A DNA stretch of 64,000 nt from Eledone cirrhosa (GCA_964016885.1 OZ024747.1:49724001-49788000), one strand, 5' to 3'. Numbered from the stretch's first letter, positions 12,471 through 24,530 are shown. Notes: a model not told the origin generated them from the letters alone. Translations and numbers: made by a program.

Positions 12471-13385
12471 CATAACAAGCGAAAACATTGTTGCAATGAA
12501 ACTATCCCAGTTGTGGCCAAAAAGAGCCGAGATAGGGTTCGCACAAGTGGAGGCTCAATTTACCATCAAAGGAATCACGGAGGACTTAACAAAGTATTCA
12601 TACGTGACGGCAGTACTCGACCAAGATACAACAACTCAAGTGTCAGACATCTTAGTCAAACCACCAGCAAAAATAAGTATGAAACGTTAAAAAATAGGCT
12701 TGTGAACACCTTCAGGCTGAGCAAGCATAAAGCAGCAGCTAGGATACTCGACACAGAAGGTTTAGGTGACTCCAAGCCTTCAGAATTAATGGACAAAATG
12801 TTGGCTTTAGTTCTACTGGATGAGACACCAGGATTTCTGTTCAAAGAGGTATTCCTGCTACCCACTCAAATTCAGTCCCTCTTAACTCAGACCAGAATCA
12901 AGGACTTACACGAGTTGGCAAAGGCAGCAGACAAACATTTTTTGTCTATAGGCATTACAGTCAATGCCATGATGGCAAACTCAAGTCACAGCAGGGTCAC
13001 ACAAAGTAGCCTTTGTCTTTACCACCAAAGTTTTGGGGAAAGAGCTTCAAGGTGCAGAGCACCTTGTAAATCCAGGAACCTATTACCAGCATCTGCGGAA
13101 ATTGGCAGAGCCGGCTGCTGATAAATAGTCTGGCGGCCAGCAAATACGATCAACTGCTCCTGTATGTCCAGGATCGAATCTCCAAGCAAAAATTCTTAAT
13201 CGACACAGGAGCAGAAAATAACATCCTGCCAGTGTCTACAAAAGACATCCGTTATGGGCCGCGTGGTCAACTTTTGACAGGTGCCAATGGGTCGACTTAC
13301 TATCACCATACCCTCTCTCTTCATATAGGCTCACAAAAATATACATGGACATTCGCTGTCACAGATATCCATCAACCGATATCCA
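12452..13385 (+). mobile_element. Ty3/Gypsy LTR retrotransposon remnant: gag and aspartic protease
   Basis: Gag-like FAQVEAQF..ITEDLTKYSYV..VSDILVKPP, LGDSKPSELMDKM and knuckle CLYHQSFGERASRCRAPC. Protease FLIDTGAE at about 13193-13216. Frameshifted; no LTR pair seen. Confidence 0.85.
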
Positions 13386-13399
13386 CGCGACCGACGTGC

Positions 13400-14476
13400 T
13401 TGCAGTGAAATTGACCCTTCACCAATTATTCAACGCAAAGCACGAAGGCTGCATTGTCAGAGCTAGGGCGCGTGCTCTCAGACACGAGAGAATGAAAGCC
13501 CTTTTATGGGCCTGAGTGGCAGAGGTGCGTTGTGGCAACAAAGCCACGATCCAGTCTTTGGAAGACCACAACGGCCGCATATTACTCGATCCCGGGCAAA
13601 TGTGTGCAGCTTCCCAGTGACACTTCGTTTGCGGTCGAATCGTGGGATTGACTTTAGTGCCTACCTTGATGGTTAAATCGCCTGGCTTGGATTGTCTACC
13701 CTACGTGCCAGACTTGTTCGGTGACCTCTTGGTGGACATCTACTGCAATTGGTAGCAGAACAGGAGAATTCCCAACTCTGTGAGCCGAGGAGCTGTGGCG
13801 CTGCTGAGAAAGGACCCAAACAAGGGCGACAACATAGATAATTTCCGGCCCATAACTCTGCTAAATGCAGAGTTCAAGATTTTGGCCAAGGTGCTAGCAA
13901 AGAGGTTGGCGCTTGTTGTCGGTGGTCTGGTGGGAGAGGCGCAGACATGCGCCATTCCAGACAGATCCACGACAACCTCCACCTCATGCAATACATCATG
14001 GAGAGGGTAGCTAGGGAACCTGGCACGGGTTGTGCCTTAATCAATTTAGATCAGTTGAAAGCTTTCGATAGGGTCGACCATCATTATCTAGCAGCGGTCC
14101 TGAGGGCGGCCGGCTTTGGGCCCATCTTCAGAGGTTGGATCGTTGCCATGCACAGCAACATCTGCTCTGTGGTGAGAATGAATGTCACCTTTTGGAACCG
14201 TTCAACATCATGCGTTCGGTCTGCCGAGGATGTCGCCTCCTGTCCCTGTTGTACGTATTGACTCTCGAACCATTACTACACAAACTGAAGACATTGAGGG
14301 GCAACCCGCACAAACTGAGATGTGGGAGAACTGTGTCAGCATATGCTGATGGCGTCACTGTAGTGGTGTCGAGCGCCAAACACATCGAGATGATCAGCAC
14401 TATACTAAGAGAATACGAGGCAGTGACAGAAGCAATAATTAACCAGGAGAAATCGGTGGGCCTGCGGCTTGGCACC
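13400..14476 (+). mobile_element. Tx1/L1-clade LINE RT fragment
   Basis: Encodes NFRPITLLNAEFKILAKVLAKRL, LDQLKAFDRVDH, SAYADGVT and INQEKSVGLRLGT; homologous to 44250-45230 (-). Confidence 0.9.
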
Positions 14477-14487
14477 TGCTGTTCCTC

Positions 14488-15390
14488 ACTTTCTTCTTCT
14501 TCTTCTTCTTCTTCTTCTTCTTCCTTCTTCACTTTCTTCTTCTTCTTCTTCTTCTTCTTCTTCTTCTTCCTCTCCTTCACTTTCTTATCCTTCTTTTTCC
14601 TTTCCTTCACTTTCTTCTTCTCCCCCCTCCCCTTCACTTTCTTTTCTTCTTCTTCATCCTTCACTTTCTTCTACTTCCCCTCTTTCACTTTCTTCTTCTT
14701 CTTCTTCTTCTTCTTCTTCTTCTTCTTCTTCTTCTTCTTCTTCTTCCCCTCTTTCACTTTCTTCTTCTTCTTCTTCTTCTTCTTCTTCTTCTTCCTTTCC
14801 TTCACTTTCTTATCCTTCTTTTTCCTTTCCTTCACTTTCTTCTTCTCCCTCCTCCCCTTCACTTTCTTTTCTTCTTCTTCATCCTTCACTTTCTTCTACT
14901 TCCCCTCTTTCACTTTCTTCTTCTTCTTCTTCTTCTTCTTCTTCTTCTTCTTCTTCTTCCTCTCCTTCACTTTCTTCTTCTTCTTCTTCTTCTTCTTCTT
15001 CTTCTTCTTCTTCTTCTTCTTCTTCTTCCCCTCCTTCACTTTCTTCTTCTTCTTCTTCTTCTTCTTCTTCTTCTTCTTCTTCTTCTTCCTCTCCTTCACT
15101 TTCTTATCCTTCTTTTTCCTTTCCTTCACTTTCTTCTTCTCCCTCCTCCCCTTCACTTTCTTTTCTTCTTCTTCATCCTTCACTTTCTTCTTCTTCCCCT
15201 CTTTCACTTTCTTCTTCTTCTTCTTCTTCTTCTTCTTCTTCTTCTTCTTCTTCTTCTTCTTCTTCTTCTTCTTCTTCCCCTCCTTCACTTTCTTCTTCCT
15301 CCTCCCCTCCTTCATTTTCTTCTTCTCCCCTCCTTCATTTTCTTATTCCTCCTCCCCTCCTTCATTTTCTTATTCCTCTTCCCCTCCTTT
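14488..15390. repeat. Compound (TTC)n / ccttcactttc polypyrimidine tract with ~220-300-bp internal re-duplications
   Basis: Almost purely pyrimidine on +; the block ttcactttcttatccttctttttcctttccttcac recurs at about 14577, 14801 and 15096. Confidence 0.95.
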
Positions 15391-15804
15391 ATTACAGTCT
15401 TCCTAATAAAACAACTTTTACAAAAACAATAGATATTTACCTTTAAGCTATATTTCCCTTCCAAACACTTGTAGAAATCAACAACCATTAATAGTTCAAT
15501 CAAGTTCGTTGTAACATGGAACTGGAGAGGTGGGAGGAGTACTTAATATTCTCAATATTCTTTAAAAAAAAGGGAGAGGGGGAAGGGGAAATAAAGAGAT
15601 AAAACAGATAGAAATAGCAATCAATCATAAAGCCCTCTCTCTCTCTCTCTCTCTCTCTCTCCCCCTCCCCCCCTCTCTCTCTCTCTCTCTCCCTCTCTCT
15701 CGCTCTCTCTCTCTCTCTCTCTTAATGTCACAGCTTTACCATCATGATGAATTATAATCATTTTAAATGTTTATGGAAGGAATGATAATAATTGATGGTG
15801 ATGC

Positions 15805-15972
15805 TAATAATAATAATGATTTCTACTATAGGCACAAGGCCAGCAATTTTGGGGAGGGGAAAGTCAATTATATCGACCCCAGTGCGTTACTGGTACTTTA
15901 TGTTATCAACCCCGTAAGGATGAAAGGCAAAGTTAACCTCGGCGAGATTTGAACTGAGACCGTAAAGGGACG
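15805..15972 (-). mobile_element. SINE (B-box plus Deu/Nin-like core family)
   Basis: Minus strand reads gttcaaatctcgccgaggttaactttgcctttcatccttacggggttgataa..gtaccag..gctggccttgtgcc. Same family at 24160, 42880, 45580, 49404 and 52636. Confidence 0.8.
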
Positions 15973-15974
15973 TA

Positions 15975-16970
15975 TAATAATGTTTTCGTTATTAACCACG
16001 AGGGTTGACACAAAGTATAACATTAAGGACAACACAGGATGGTACAGATGGACATTTCTGCGTGTAAAGTAAAAAACACAGAAAATGTCAAAAAAGAAAC
16101 AAAGGAAAATTCCCCAGTAGGGGGAGACTTCCAAGGGACACTCGTGAAGAAAGCCCATTAAAAAAGCGCCGGTGACCCTGACCACCAGGCCAAGTTCCCT
16201 CTCCCAGTTTTCCACCTTCAATTTACAGGCACATATTCAGAGCAGGCCCATTCACTTGGGCCATTCTTGCCTCTCTCACCCATCTTTCAACAAAATGCTG
16301 GGAAGAGAGCACTTCCCTCTCCACCCTGATTTTCCTTTTCAAATGAAATTTGAAAAAGTTAATCAGGGCATTACCAAAGAGGTAATTGCTCGTCTTCAGC
16401 CCTTTCAAATACGTCCACCACACGATCTCTTTCGCCATGGCCACCAGGCAGATAAAAACTGCCAGCCCTTCCTGGCTAAAGGGAGATGGCGGGACAATCC
16501 TCACGATGGACTCAGCTGATAGCCAGATCTGTCCTACACGCGACAGCAGGTGTTCGACATAAACCCACAAATCAGGCAATGCTTGGACACTGGACGAGTG
16601 CACTTCCATGCCTGTAAAGTTTATCTCGAACTGGCAACGCTCCCTGGTAACACTGCCAGGCCAAGGACTTCTGGAATTATCCATTGGCCATGGACCAAAA
16701 TCCTCCCGAAGAGTTTCCCCTAGGACGTTGTCACTCTTGTCCTCCACTCTACTGATCGCATTGCATGACTGGTCAAGGACTGTGAGCGCCTGAAGACATT
16801 CCAGTCTCCAAGCACTTTCTTTCGATCTTTGCTTGACCCTGGACTGCAGCTCTGTCAAGGAGACAAGCTGGGGAAAAAATGTGTCTATCAAACGGCGACC
16901 ACACCTGTTCACTGTTGAGGAAGAAGAGGAGATGCCATAGCCTGAGCACATGTTTGCGCATCATCAGACA
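15975..16970 (-). mobile_element. Tx1/L1-clade LINE 3' part with 3'UTR
   Basis: Encodes MRKHVLRL..FPQLVSLTELQS..INFFKFHLKRKIRVER..FVERW; homologous to 43063-43880 (-). Confidence 0.88.
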
Positions 16971-17227
16971 TGCTGTTCCTCCCTGTGGACAATTTTTTTT
17001 GTCATCATGTTTTTTTTAAAACAAAATTTTGGGGGTACGATTGTAATTAAATACAAATTCAGCCCTTAAGGGCGCGAGATACAGTTAAAAAACCCACCTC
17101 CTTTGAAAGAGGGGTTCTTTAACTACACACCAATGTAAAAAATACTATATAGAACTTTTGATAACTCATAAAAATTCAACTAACTTACTACACCGTAGTT
17201 ACAGCCGTCTTGAGAGAGTCAATAATA

Positions 17228-17426
17228 ATCATCATCGTCCACTTTTCCCTGCTTGCAAGGGTGGGACAGAAACTGATTCTGGCTTGATTTCTACAGCTGA
17301 GTAAACTGGAGCAATGTGAAATAAAGTGTCTTGCTCAAGGAAACAACACATCACCCGGTCTGAGAATTGAACTCACAACCTTTCGATTGCAAAGCCAATG
17401 CTCTAACCACTAAGCCATGTGCCTCC

Positions 17427-17428
<2 letters not shown>
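17228..17428 (-). mobile_element. tRNA-head/RTE-tail SINE, internally deleted copy
   Basis: Same ends as 18088-18475 but lacks the segment between the two atttctacagctg direct repeats. Confidence 0.85.
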
Positions 17429-17473
<45 letters not shown>

Positions 17474-18087
17474 GAAGAAGAAGAAGAAAATGAACGAGAG
17501 GAGGAAGAAGAAGAAAGTGATGGAATGGAGGAAAAACAAAACTGACGTAAAGGAGGAAGAAGAAAGTGAAGGAGTGAGAGGTTAAATGAAGGAGAGAAAT
17601 AAATGAGTTCATTTATTATAAAAGCTAGAAATCAGATTAGCAAATAATCAATTTATTTTTGTGTTTATTTGCAGAGTCTAAGTCAATGGGATATAAATAA
17701 ACTGTAGAAAAATTGAACTCTTAGTAAATTTTCAACATAGAATTAAAAATGAAAAGATATTTTCAAGAAAATCACTCTAGCTTTATCTGTCAGAAAATTA
17801 TTGCTTATAGGCAGATGGGCGGATAAAAATAAAACCAAATTGATTTGGATAGGGAAAGTAACTGAAAGGATAACATTCACTTTATTGTTCAACTCTGTTG
17901 TTGGTGCAATTGGTTTATTGAATCAGATTCTTGCAACAAAACTCTTAAGAAGAAAAATTCCATTACTTATTAGTGATCTTTGCAAATATATTCTGACCTC
18001 GATATAGTAAGTTACTGTAGTATCACTACAGTAAGAATGATGTTTAGAAATAAAGGTGTATATATGCATATATACATTTATATATAT

Positions 18088-18475
18088 ATCATCATCATCA
18101 TCATCATTTTACGTCAGCTTTTCCCTGCTTGCAAGGGTGGGACGGGAACTGATTCTGGCTTGATTTCTACAGCTGGATTCCCCTCCTAACACCAACCTCA
18201 TTTACAATGAGAACTGGGTGCCTTTTTTCTGTGGCATCTACACATCCACTTTACAGTGTGGGCTGGGTGCTTTTTTGTTGTGGCACTTCCACAACCACTT
18301 CACAGCGGAATGATAGGGACCCCGGTCCCTATCATCTCATTTCTACACTGAGTAAACTGGAGCAATGTGAAATAAAGTGTCTTGTTTAAGGAAACAACAC
18401 ATCACTCGGTCTGAGAATTGAACTCATAACCTTTCGATTGCAAGGCCAATGCTCTAACCACTAAGCCATGTGCCT
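18088..18475 (-). mobile_element. tRNA-head SINE with RTE-derived 3' half
   Basis: Minus-strand head ggcacatggcttagtggttagagcattgg..gagttcaattct contains A and B boxes; RTE 3'UTR body; (GAT)n tail. Confidence 0.88.
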
Positions 18476-18638
18476 ATATATATATATATATATGAAGGCG
18501 CATGATTTAGTGGTTTGAGCATTGGGCTTTGCAATCGTACAGTTGTGAGGCTGTTATGCATGGGCAACTGCTGGTCTTCCACAAACAACCTTGCCCGGAA
18601 ATGGTGAATTAACTGTTGTTTGACAAACATATATATAA

Positions 18639-19620
18639 ACTAGCCGAATTATCTGTGCCTTGTTGCGTTTCACACATTTTTTTGTAAGAAAATGATGAAT
18701 GATTTTAAATCAGTGATATAATTTATGGAGAAAAACTCTGCATTTCAATAATACTCAATGTAAAATGTAATGCATGAAAAATTGGAAAACATTATTTTTT
18801 GTAATATATCAAATCAAAATTACATTATTAAATCTTATTCTTATTTTGTTTCTTGTAAAAAATTTTTTGAATCTCACATTGCCTTAAATTTTGATAGATG
18901 TTTCCATCAGCAATCAAACGTCTTCTTCAGAGTCATTTCTTCTTGCAACTATATGACGAAATCTATTGTGTTCCTGTCTTTCTTGATGCTCACCAAAGGT
19001 TTCATTTTATCGAGACTCTGTTTGCCTCTGTCTTTGACTAGAAAGTCCTTCTTCCTTTGCATCACAGCTTTCATTTTGCCGAGACTCTGTTTGCCTCTGT
19101 CTTTGACTAGAAAGTCGTTCTTCCCTTGCATCAGAGTTGCATGTAGATTATTTGCATAACTGGATTTTCTTTTCCATGGCATAAGGGTTTGTCTGAAAAT
19201 TAGTCAAATTTTACTATAAAAGAGAGATGCTTTTTTTGATGATTTACGTTTAATTAATAGAAAAACCCCGTGATAATAGAGGTTCCAATACTCAAGTAAC
19301 AGGCTTCCAAAATTTTGACTATATGGGGTTTAACCCCCATTACAGTGTCTTAATATTATTGAAATTTGCTGAAATTGTGTGAATAGTCATCATATCTTGT
19401 CATTTACCTATGGTTTAAATTTCATATAAATCGAAGGGAAAATATTTTCAGCGGGGGTTTCTGCCCCGGCGAACCCTTTGATTAAAATGAAATATACTTA
19501 TCCAAGTAACCTGGGCAATGTAGTTTCAGAATATATATGGCTATGGGTGTCTATCTCCAAAACCATAGGAGGAGTTCATGAATAAACAAACAAACAGACA
19601 GGAACTACAACTTTATATAT
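18639..19620 (-). mobile_element. Non-autonomous Helitron with RepHel N-terminal repeat remnant
   Basis: CTAG at 18640-18643 is the 3' end on -; (tttg)/(tctg) microsatellite near the 5' end. Minus frame 19182->18950 reads MPWKRKS then, frameshifted, AREERLSSQRQRQTESRQNE x2 (60-bp repeat), typical of Helitron N-termini. Confidence 0.65.
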
Positions 19621-19632
19621 ACATATACGCAT

Positions 19633-20722
19633 ATGGTGGTCCCTAAGGAAACTAGGTGTTGAGGAATTCCAGATACAAGTAGGAGTACATCAAGGTTCGG
19701 TCCTCAGCCTGCTCTTGTTCAGTATAGTTCTCCAAGCCAGATGAGTTTAAGACTGGCTGCCCATGGGAACTTCTCTATGCTGACGATCTGGTTCTTATAG
19801 CAGAATCAGTAGAGGAGCTAGAGAATAAATTCTGGCTATGGAAACAGCAGTTGGAATCAAGAGGACTGAGAGTGAACCTAGCTAAGACAAAAGTGTTGAT
19901 AAGTAGAAAAGTGGTCAAAACTCTGATTCCGTCAGTGAAATGGCCATGTTCGATATGCAGAAAAGGAACTGGCAGAAAAGGAACTGGCATAAATTCTATA
20001 AAATGCACACAATGCAGATCCTTGGTACACAAGAGATGTAGTGGGATAGCAGGCAAACTAACAGGTAGGGAGAAATACGTATGCAGTAGATGTACAGGGA
20101 AATTAGACTGTAGAAGTTGCATTGATAGACATATTTTTCAAATGCAGGCGAGTGCTATAGAAGGCCATAGTATCTAGAATAAGTTTAGGGAGTTGCTTCC
20201 TCTGCTGACAAAGAAGGGTTTTTCCCTGCGTACGAAAGGCCGGTTATATGATGCCTGTGTGAGCGTGATGCTGCATGGTAGTGAGACATGGGCAGCAACT
20301 GCGACAGGATATGCGACAGCTGGAGAGAAATGAGGCAAGCATGCTCCGTTGGACGTGCGATGTCAATGTGCGTGAACGACCAAGCATAAATGTGTTGAGA
20401 GAGAAACTGTGTCTGAGAGGGATAGAATGTAATGTGCGAGAGAGGAGACTTAGGTGGTATGGACATGTGATGCGCATGGAGGATGACCGATGGGTGAAGA
20501 AGTGCCAGGAAACGCCAGTTGAAGGAAGACGTGGTAGAGGTAGACCACGAAAAACATGGACAGAGGTGGTGAGAACAAACCTCAGATCGCTGAAGCTCAC
20601 AGTGGAGATGATGAAGGACCGTGACAAGTGGAGAGATGCTGTGCTGAATAAGACCCGTCCCACCCTTGCAAGCAGGGAAAAGCGGACATAAAATGATGAT
20701 GATGATGATGATGATGATGATA
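19633..20722 (+). mobile_element. RTE subfamily B, 5'-truncated, with several internal deletions
   Basis: Encodes PWELLYADDLVL, a PHD-like Cys cluster and RRLRWYGHV; (GAT)n tail. One deletion joins two gaggaat microhomologies (about 19661-19667). Confidence 0.92.
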
Positions 20723-21419
20723 TATATATATTTCATTTTATATATATATATATATATACATACATATATATATATCATCATCACCGATTTACGTCCATTC
20801 TTCCATGCTAGCATGAGTTAGATGAGTTTATAACGAAAAGAGAGTTAAATGCCTATTAATACTTTTTAAAAATCACAAGTATCACAAATAATTGTATAAT
20901 TTAATCCTTTTAAGATAAGGCTTTGCAGAAATGCCTTAGTCAGTTTGGTTCTTTGCAACGACAGGCTTCTGGCATCCATGTATAAATAATTGTCTTCAAC
21001 ACTCCATTCGTTATACATATATATTTATTGTTTGTAGGCTGAATTTATATACACACTGGAGGATATATAAAATGAAAGCAATTACTGGCCATTAGGTTGA
21101 AGCTAGGCAGAAACTTCCTAGAACAGAACAGGAAACGTTGAATATCTCATGTTGAAAACATCCCATAATAGAACAATGCAGCAAATGTTGAATACATCTC
21201 ATTGATAAACATTCAGTTTCTCTTCACAGGAAAATACGAGGGATATAGTAGGAGCTATTCTGTAGTATGTCTTCTCATGTTGGAGTCTGGATCAATCTCT
21301 GTGAACTATAAGGTTTTACTAGACGGAAGCAACAATGTATTCATGCGCAATCTAATACGATTGGTTTGTTTAACCCAAGAGCACATGAAACATTGTTATT
21401 GTGAGGTATGGTAGTGCCA

Positions 21420-23795
21420 CTACAAGCTGTCCTGTTGTGGGCAATGCTAGGTCTGGTGGGCATGCCTTGCTTATACAGAACTGTTTCAGCTTGCTTTCTA
21501 CAGCTGGATGCCCTTCCTTATGCCAACCTCATTTACAGCGTGGGCTGGGTGCTTTTTGTCATGACACCTACACGACCACTTTACAGTATGGGCTGGGTGC
21601 TTTTTGTCATGACACCTACACGACCACTTTACAGTATGGGCTGGGTGCTTTTTGTCATGACACCTACATGACCACTTTACAGTATGGGCTGGGTGCTTTT
21701 TGTCATGACACCTACATGACCACTTTACAGTATGGGCTGGGTGCTTTTTGTCGTGACACCTACATGACCACTTTACAGTATGGGCTGGGTGCTTTTTGTC
21801 GTGACACCTACATGACCACTTTACAGTATGGGCTGGGTGCTTTTTGTCATGACACCTACACGACCACTTTACAGTATGGGCTGGGTGCTTTTTGTCGTGA
21901 CACCTACACAACCACTTTACAGTATGGGCTGGGTGCTTTTTGTCGTGACACCTACATGACCACTTTACATGCCTTGCTTATACAGAACTGTTTCAGCTTG
22001 CTTTCTACAGCTGGATGCCCTTCCTTATGCCAACCTCATTTACAGCGTGGGCTGGGTGCTTTTTGTCATGACACCTACATGACCACTTTACAGTATGGGC
22101 TGGGTGCTTTTTGTCGTGACACCTACACAACCACTTTACAGTATGGGCTGGGTGCTTTTTGTCGTGACACCTACACAACCACTTTACAGTATGGGCTGGG
22201 TGCTTTTTGTCGTGACACCTACACAACCACTTTACAGTATGGGCTGGGTGCTTTTTGTCGTGACACCTACATGACCACTTTACAGTATGGGCTGGGTGCT
22301 TTTTGTCATGACACCTACATGACCACTTTACAGTATGGGCTGGGTGCTTTTTGTCGTGACACCTACACAACCACTTTACAGTATGGGCTGGGTGCTTTTT
22401 GTCGTGACACCTACATGACCACTTTACATGCCTTGCTTATACAGAACTGTTTCAGCTTGCTTTCTACAGCTGGATGCCCTTCCTTATGCCAACCTCATTT
22501 ACAGCGTGGGCTGGGTGCTTTTTGTCATGACACCTACACGACCACTTTACAGTATGGGCTGGGTGCTTTTTGTCGTGACACCTACATGACCACTTTACAG
22601 TATGGGCTGGGTGCTTTTTGTCGTGACACCTACATGACCACTTTACAGTATGGGCTGGGTGCTTTTTGTCGTGACACCTACACGACCACTTTACAGTATG
22701 GGCTGGGTGCTTTTTGTCGTGACACCTACACAACCACTTTACAGTATGGGCTGGGTGCTTTTTGTCGTGACACCTACATGACCACTTTACAGTATGGGCT
22801 GGGTGCTTTTTGTCATGACACCTACACGACCACTTTACAGTATGGGCTGGGTGCTTTTTGTCGTGACACCTACACAACCACTTTACAGTATGGGCTGGGT
22901 GCTTTTTGTCGTGACACCTACATGACCACTTTACATGCCTTGCTTATACAGAACTGTTTCAGCTTGCTTTCTACAGCTGGATGCCCTTCCTTATGCCAAC
23001 CTCATTTACAGCGTGGGCTGGGTGCTTTTTGTCATGACACCTACACGACCACTTTACAGTATGGGCTGGGTGCTTTTTGTCGTGACACCTACACAACCAC
23101 TTTACAGTATGGGCTGGGTGCTTTTTGTCGTGACACCTACATGACCACTTTACATGCCTTGCTTATACAGAACTGTTTCCGCTTGCTTTCTACAGCTGGA
23201 TGCCCTTCCTTATGCCAACCTCATTTACAGCGTGGGCTGGGTGCTTTTTGTCATGACACCTACACGATCACTTTACAGTATGGGCTGGGTGCTTTTTGTC
23301 ATGACACCTACACAACCACTTTACAGTATGGGCTGGGTGCTTTTTGTCGTGACACCTACACGACCACTTTACAGTGTGGGCTGTCATGACACTTACACGA
23401 TCACTTTACTGTGGAAGGGTGGGGTGGCGTATACTGTATATATGCTTCAGCTTCGGCCTGTGCCCGTGGGAAGTCAGGTCTTCTGTATAACTGCATAACG
23501 CCAGAGATCATGGTCCTGTGTCATCACCTTTGAGAGGTGCAATTGGGCAAGGTCAGCTTTTATCATCTCATCCCAAGTCTTCCTGGGTCTTCCCACTCCG
23601 TGGTTCCCATTGACTTCGAGCATTCTGCACCTTTTTATGCAACTGTCATTCTTCATACACATCACATGTCCGTACCATCGTAATCTCCTCTCCTGCACAA
23701 AACATTTGATTCCTCTTATGTCTAGTTTCTCTCTCAATTCGTTTATGCTTTGCCATTCACGTATATTACTATTACACATCCACCGGAGCATGCAT
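21420..23795 (-). mobile_element. RTE subfamily A 3' fragment whose 3'UTR has expanded into a minisatellite
   Basis: ORF end at 23474-23795 (LRWMCNSN..RRLRWYGHV..DLWRYAVIQKT). 3'UTR homologous to 7140-7370 and 49700-49920. Confidence 0.9.
21461..23405. repeat. 48-bp minisatellite with higher-order blocks
   Basis: Unit actttacagtatgggctgggtgctttttgtc(a/g)tgacacctaca(c/t)gacc. A ~75-bp spacer recurs at about 21461, 21968, 22427, 22934 and 23153 (intervals 75+48n, n=9,8,9,3). Confidence 0.97.
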
Positions 23796-24159
23796 ATCCA
23801 TATCTTCATTTCATTTTACCATGATTGTATTAGTTTGATGGGTCTTTCCCAACACAGCTTCTTTCCATGCATTGTATTCCTTCAGTGTCCTTCCCCCTGT
23901 GGTGTTTAGCATTTTGAGATCACCTCTAACTATCTCCACCCAGATTTCTTTCAATCTTTCTCTACTGCAGTTTCCTTCCACTGGTATCTCCTGGCACTTG
24001 TTTACGCAACATCATTCATATAATACTGCAGTTAATGGAGAAGGAATATTCTGTTTAACACATTTCATACAAAACTGCTCCAAACCATGCCAGATTCTAT
24101 GATACAAAACTGTTTCTTTTAAAATGTTTATATTTATCTAAAAACATTCCATCATAATT

Positions 24160-24530
24160 TAATTGTTTCTACCTTTGGCACAAGGCCAGCAATTACCCAG
24201 TGCATTACTGGTACTTTATTTTATCGACCCCCGTAAGGATGAAAGGCAAAGTTAACCTCGACGGGATTTGAACTCAGACCGTAAAGAGACGTAACTATGC
24301 TGGAAAGCATGGCGTCTGACCCTCTACCGATACTGCCAATCCAATGCCCTAGCATGGCATCTGACCCTCTACCGATACTGCCAATCCAATGCCCTAGCAT
24401 GGCGTCTGACCCTCTACCGATACTGCCAATCCACCGCCCTAGCATGGCATCTGACCCTCTACCGATACTGCCAATCCATCGCCCTAGCATGGCGTCTGAC
24501 CCTCTACCGATACTGCCAATCCACCGCCAA
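24160..24530 (-). mobile_element. SINE with a 5x tandemly amplified 45-bp tRNA-like head
   Basis: Unit tagcatggcgtctgaccctctaccgatactgccaatcca(at/cc)gccc repeated across 24307-24530; single-copy relative at 49404-49594. Confidence 0.9.

Noticed and set aside
14476-14500. (TTC)n-specific targeting by the Tx1 element
   Set aside because: The junction is an internal break rather than an element terminus, and the other Tx1 copy is not flanked by TTC.
14135-15446. Poly-Phe/Ser/Lys ORFs of 139-423 aa
   Set aside because: Read-through of the (TTC)n tract.
17340-17428. tRNA gene candidates (also at 18400-18475, 32570-32640, 49500-49594)
   Set aside because: These are tRNA-derived SINE heads continuing into SINE bodies; no complete cloverleaf was found.
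20940-21180. Minus-strand Cys-containing peptide pieces (..IFNVSCSVLGSFCL.., ..TWMPEACRCKEPN*) faintly like a cystine-knot cytokine
   Set aside because: The pieces lie in different frames with stops, and the similarity is too weak without a database search.
21461-23405. CRISPR-like repeat/spacer appearance
   Set aside because: The 'spacers' are identical to each other, there are no cas genes, the context is eukaryotic, and the sequence derives from an RTE 3'UTR.
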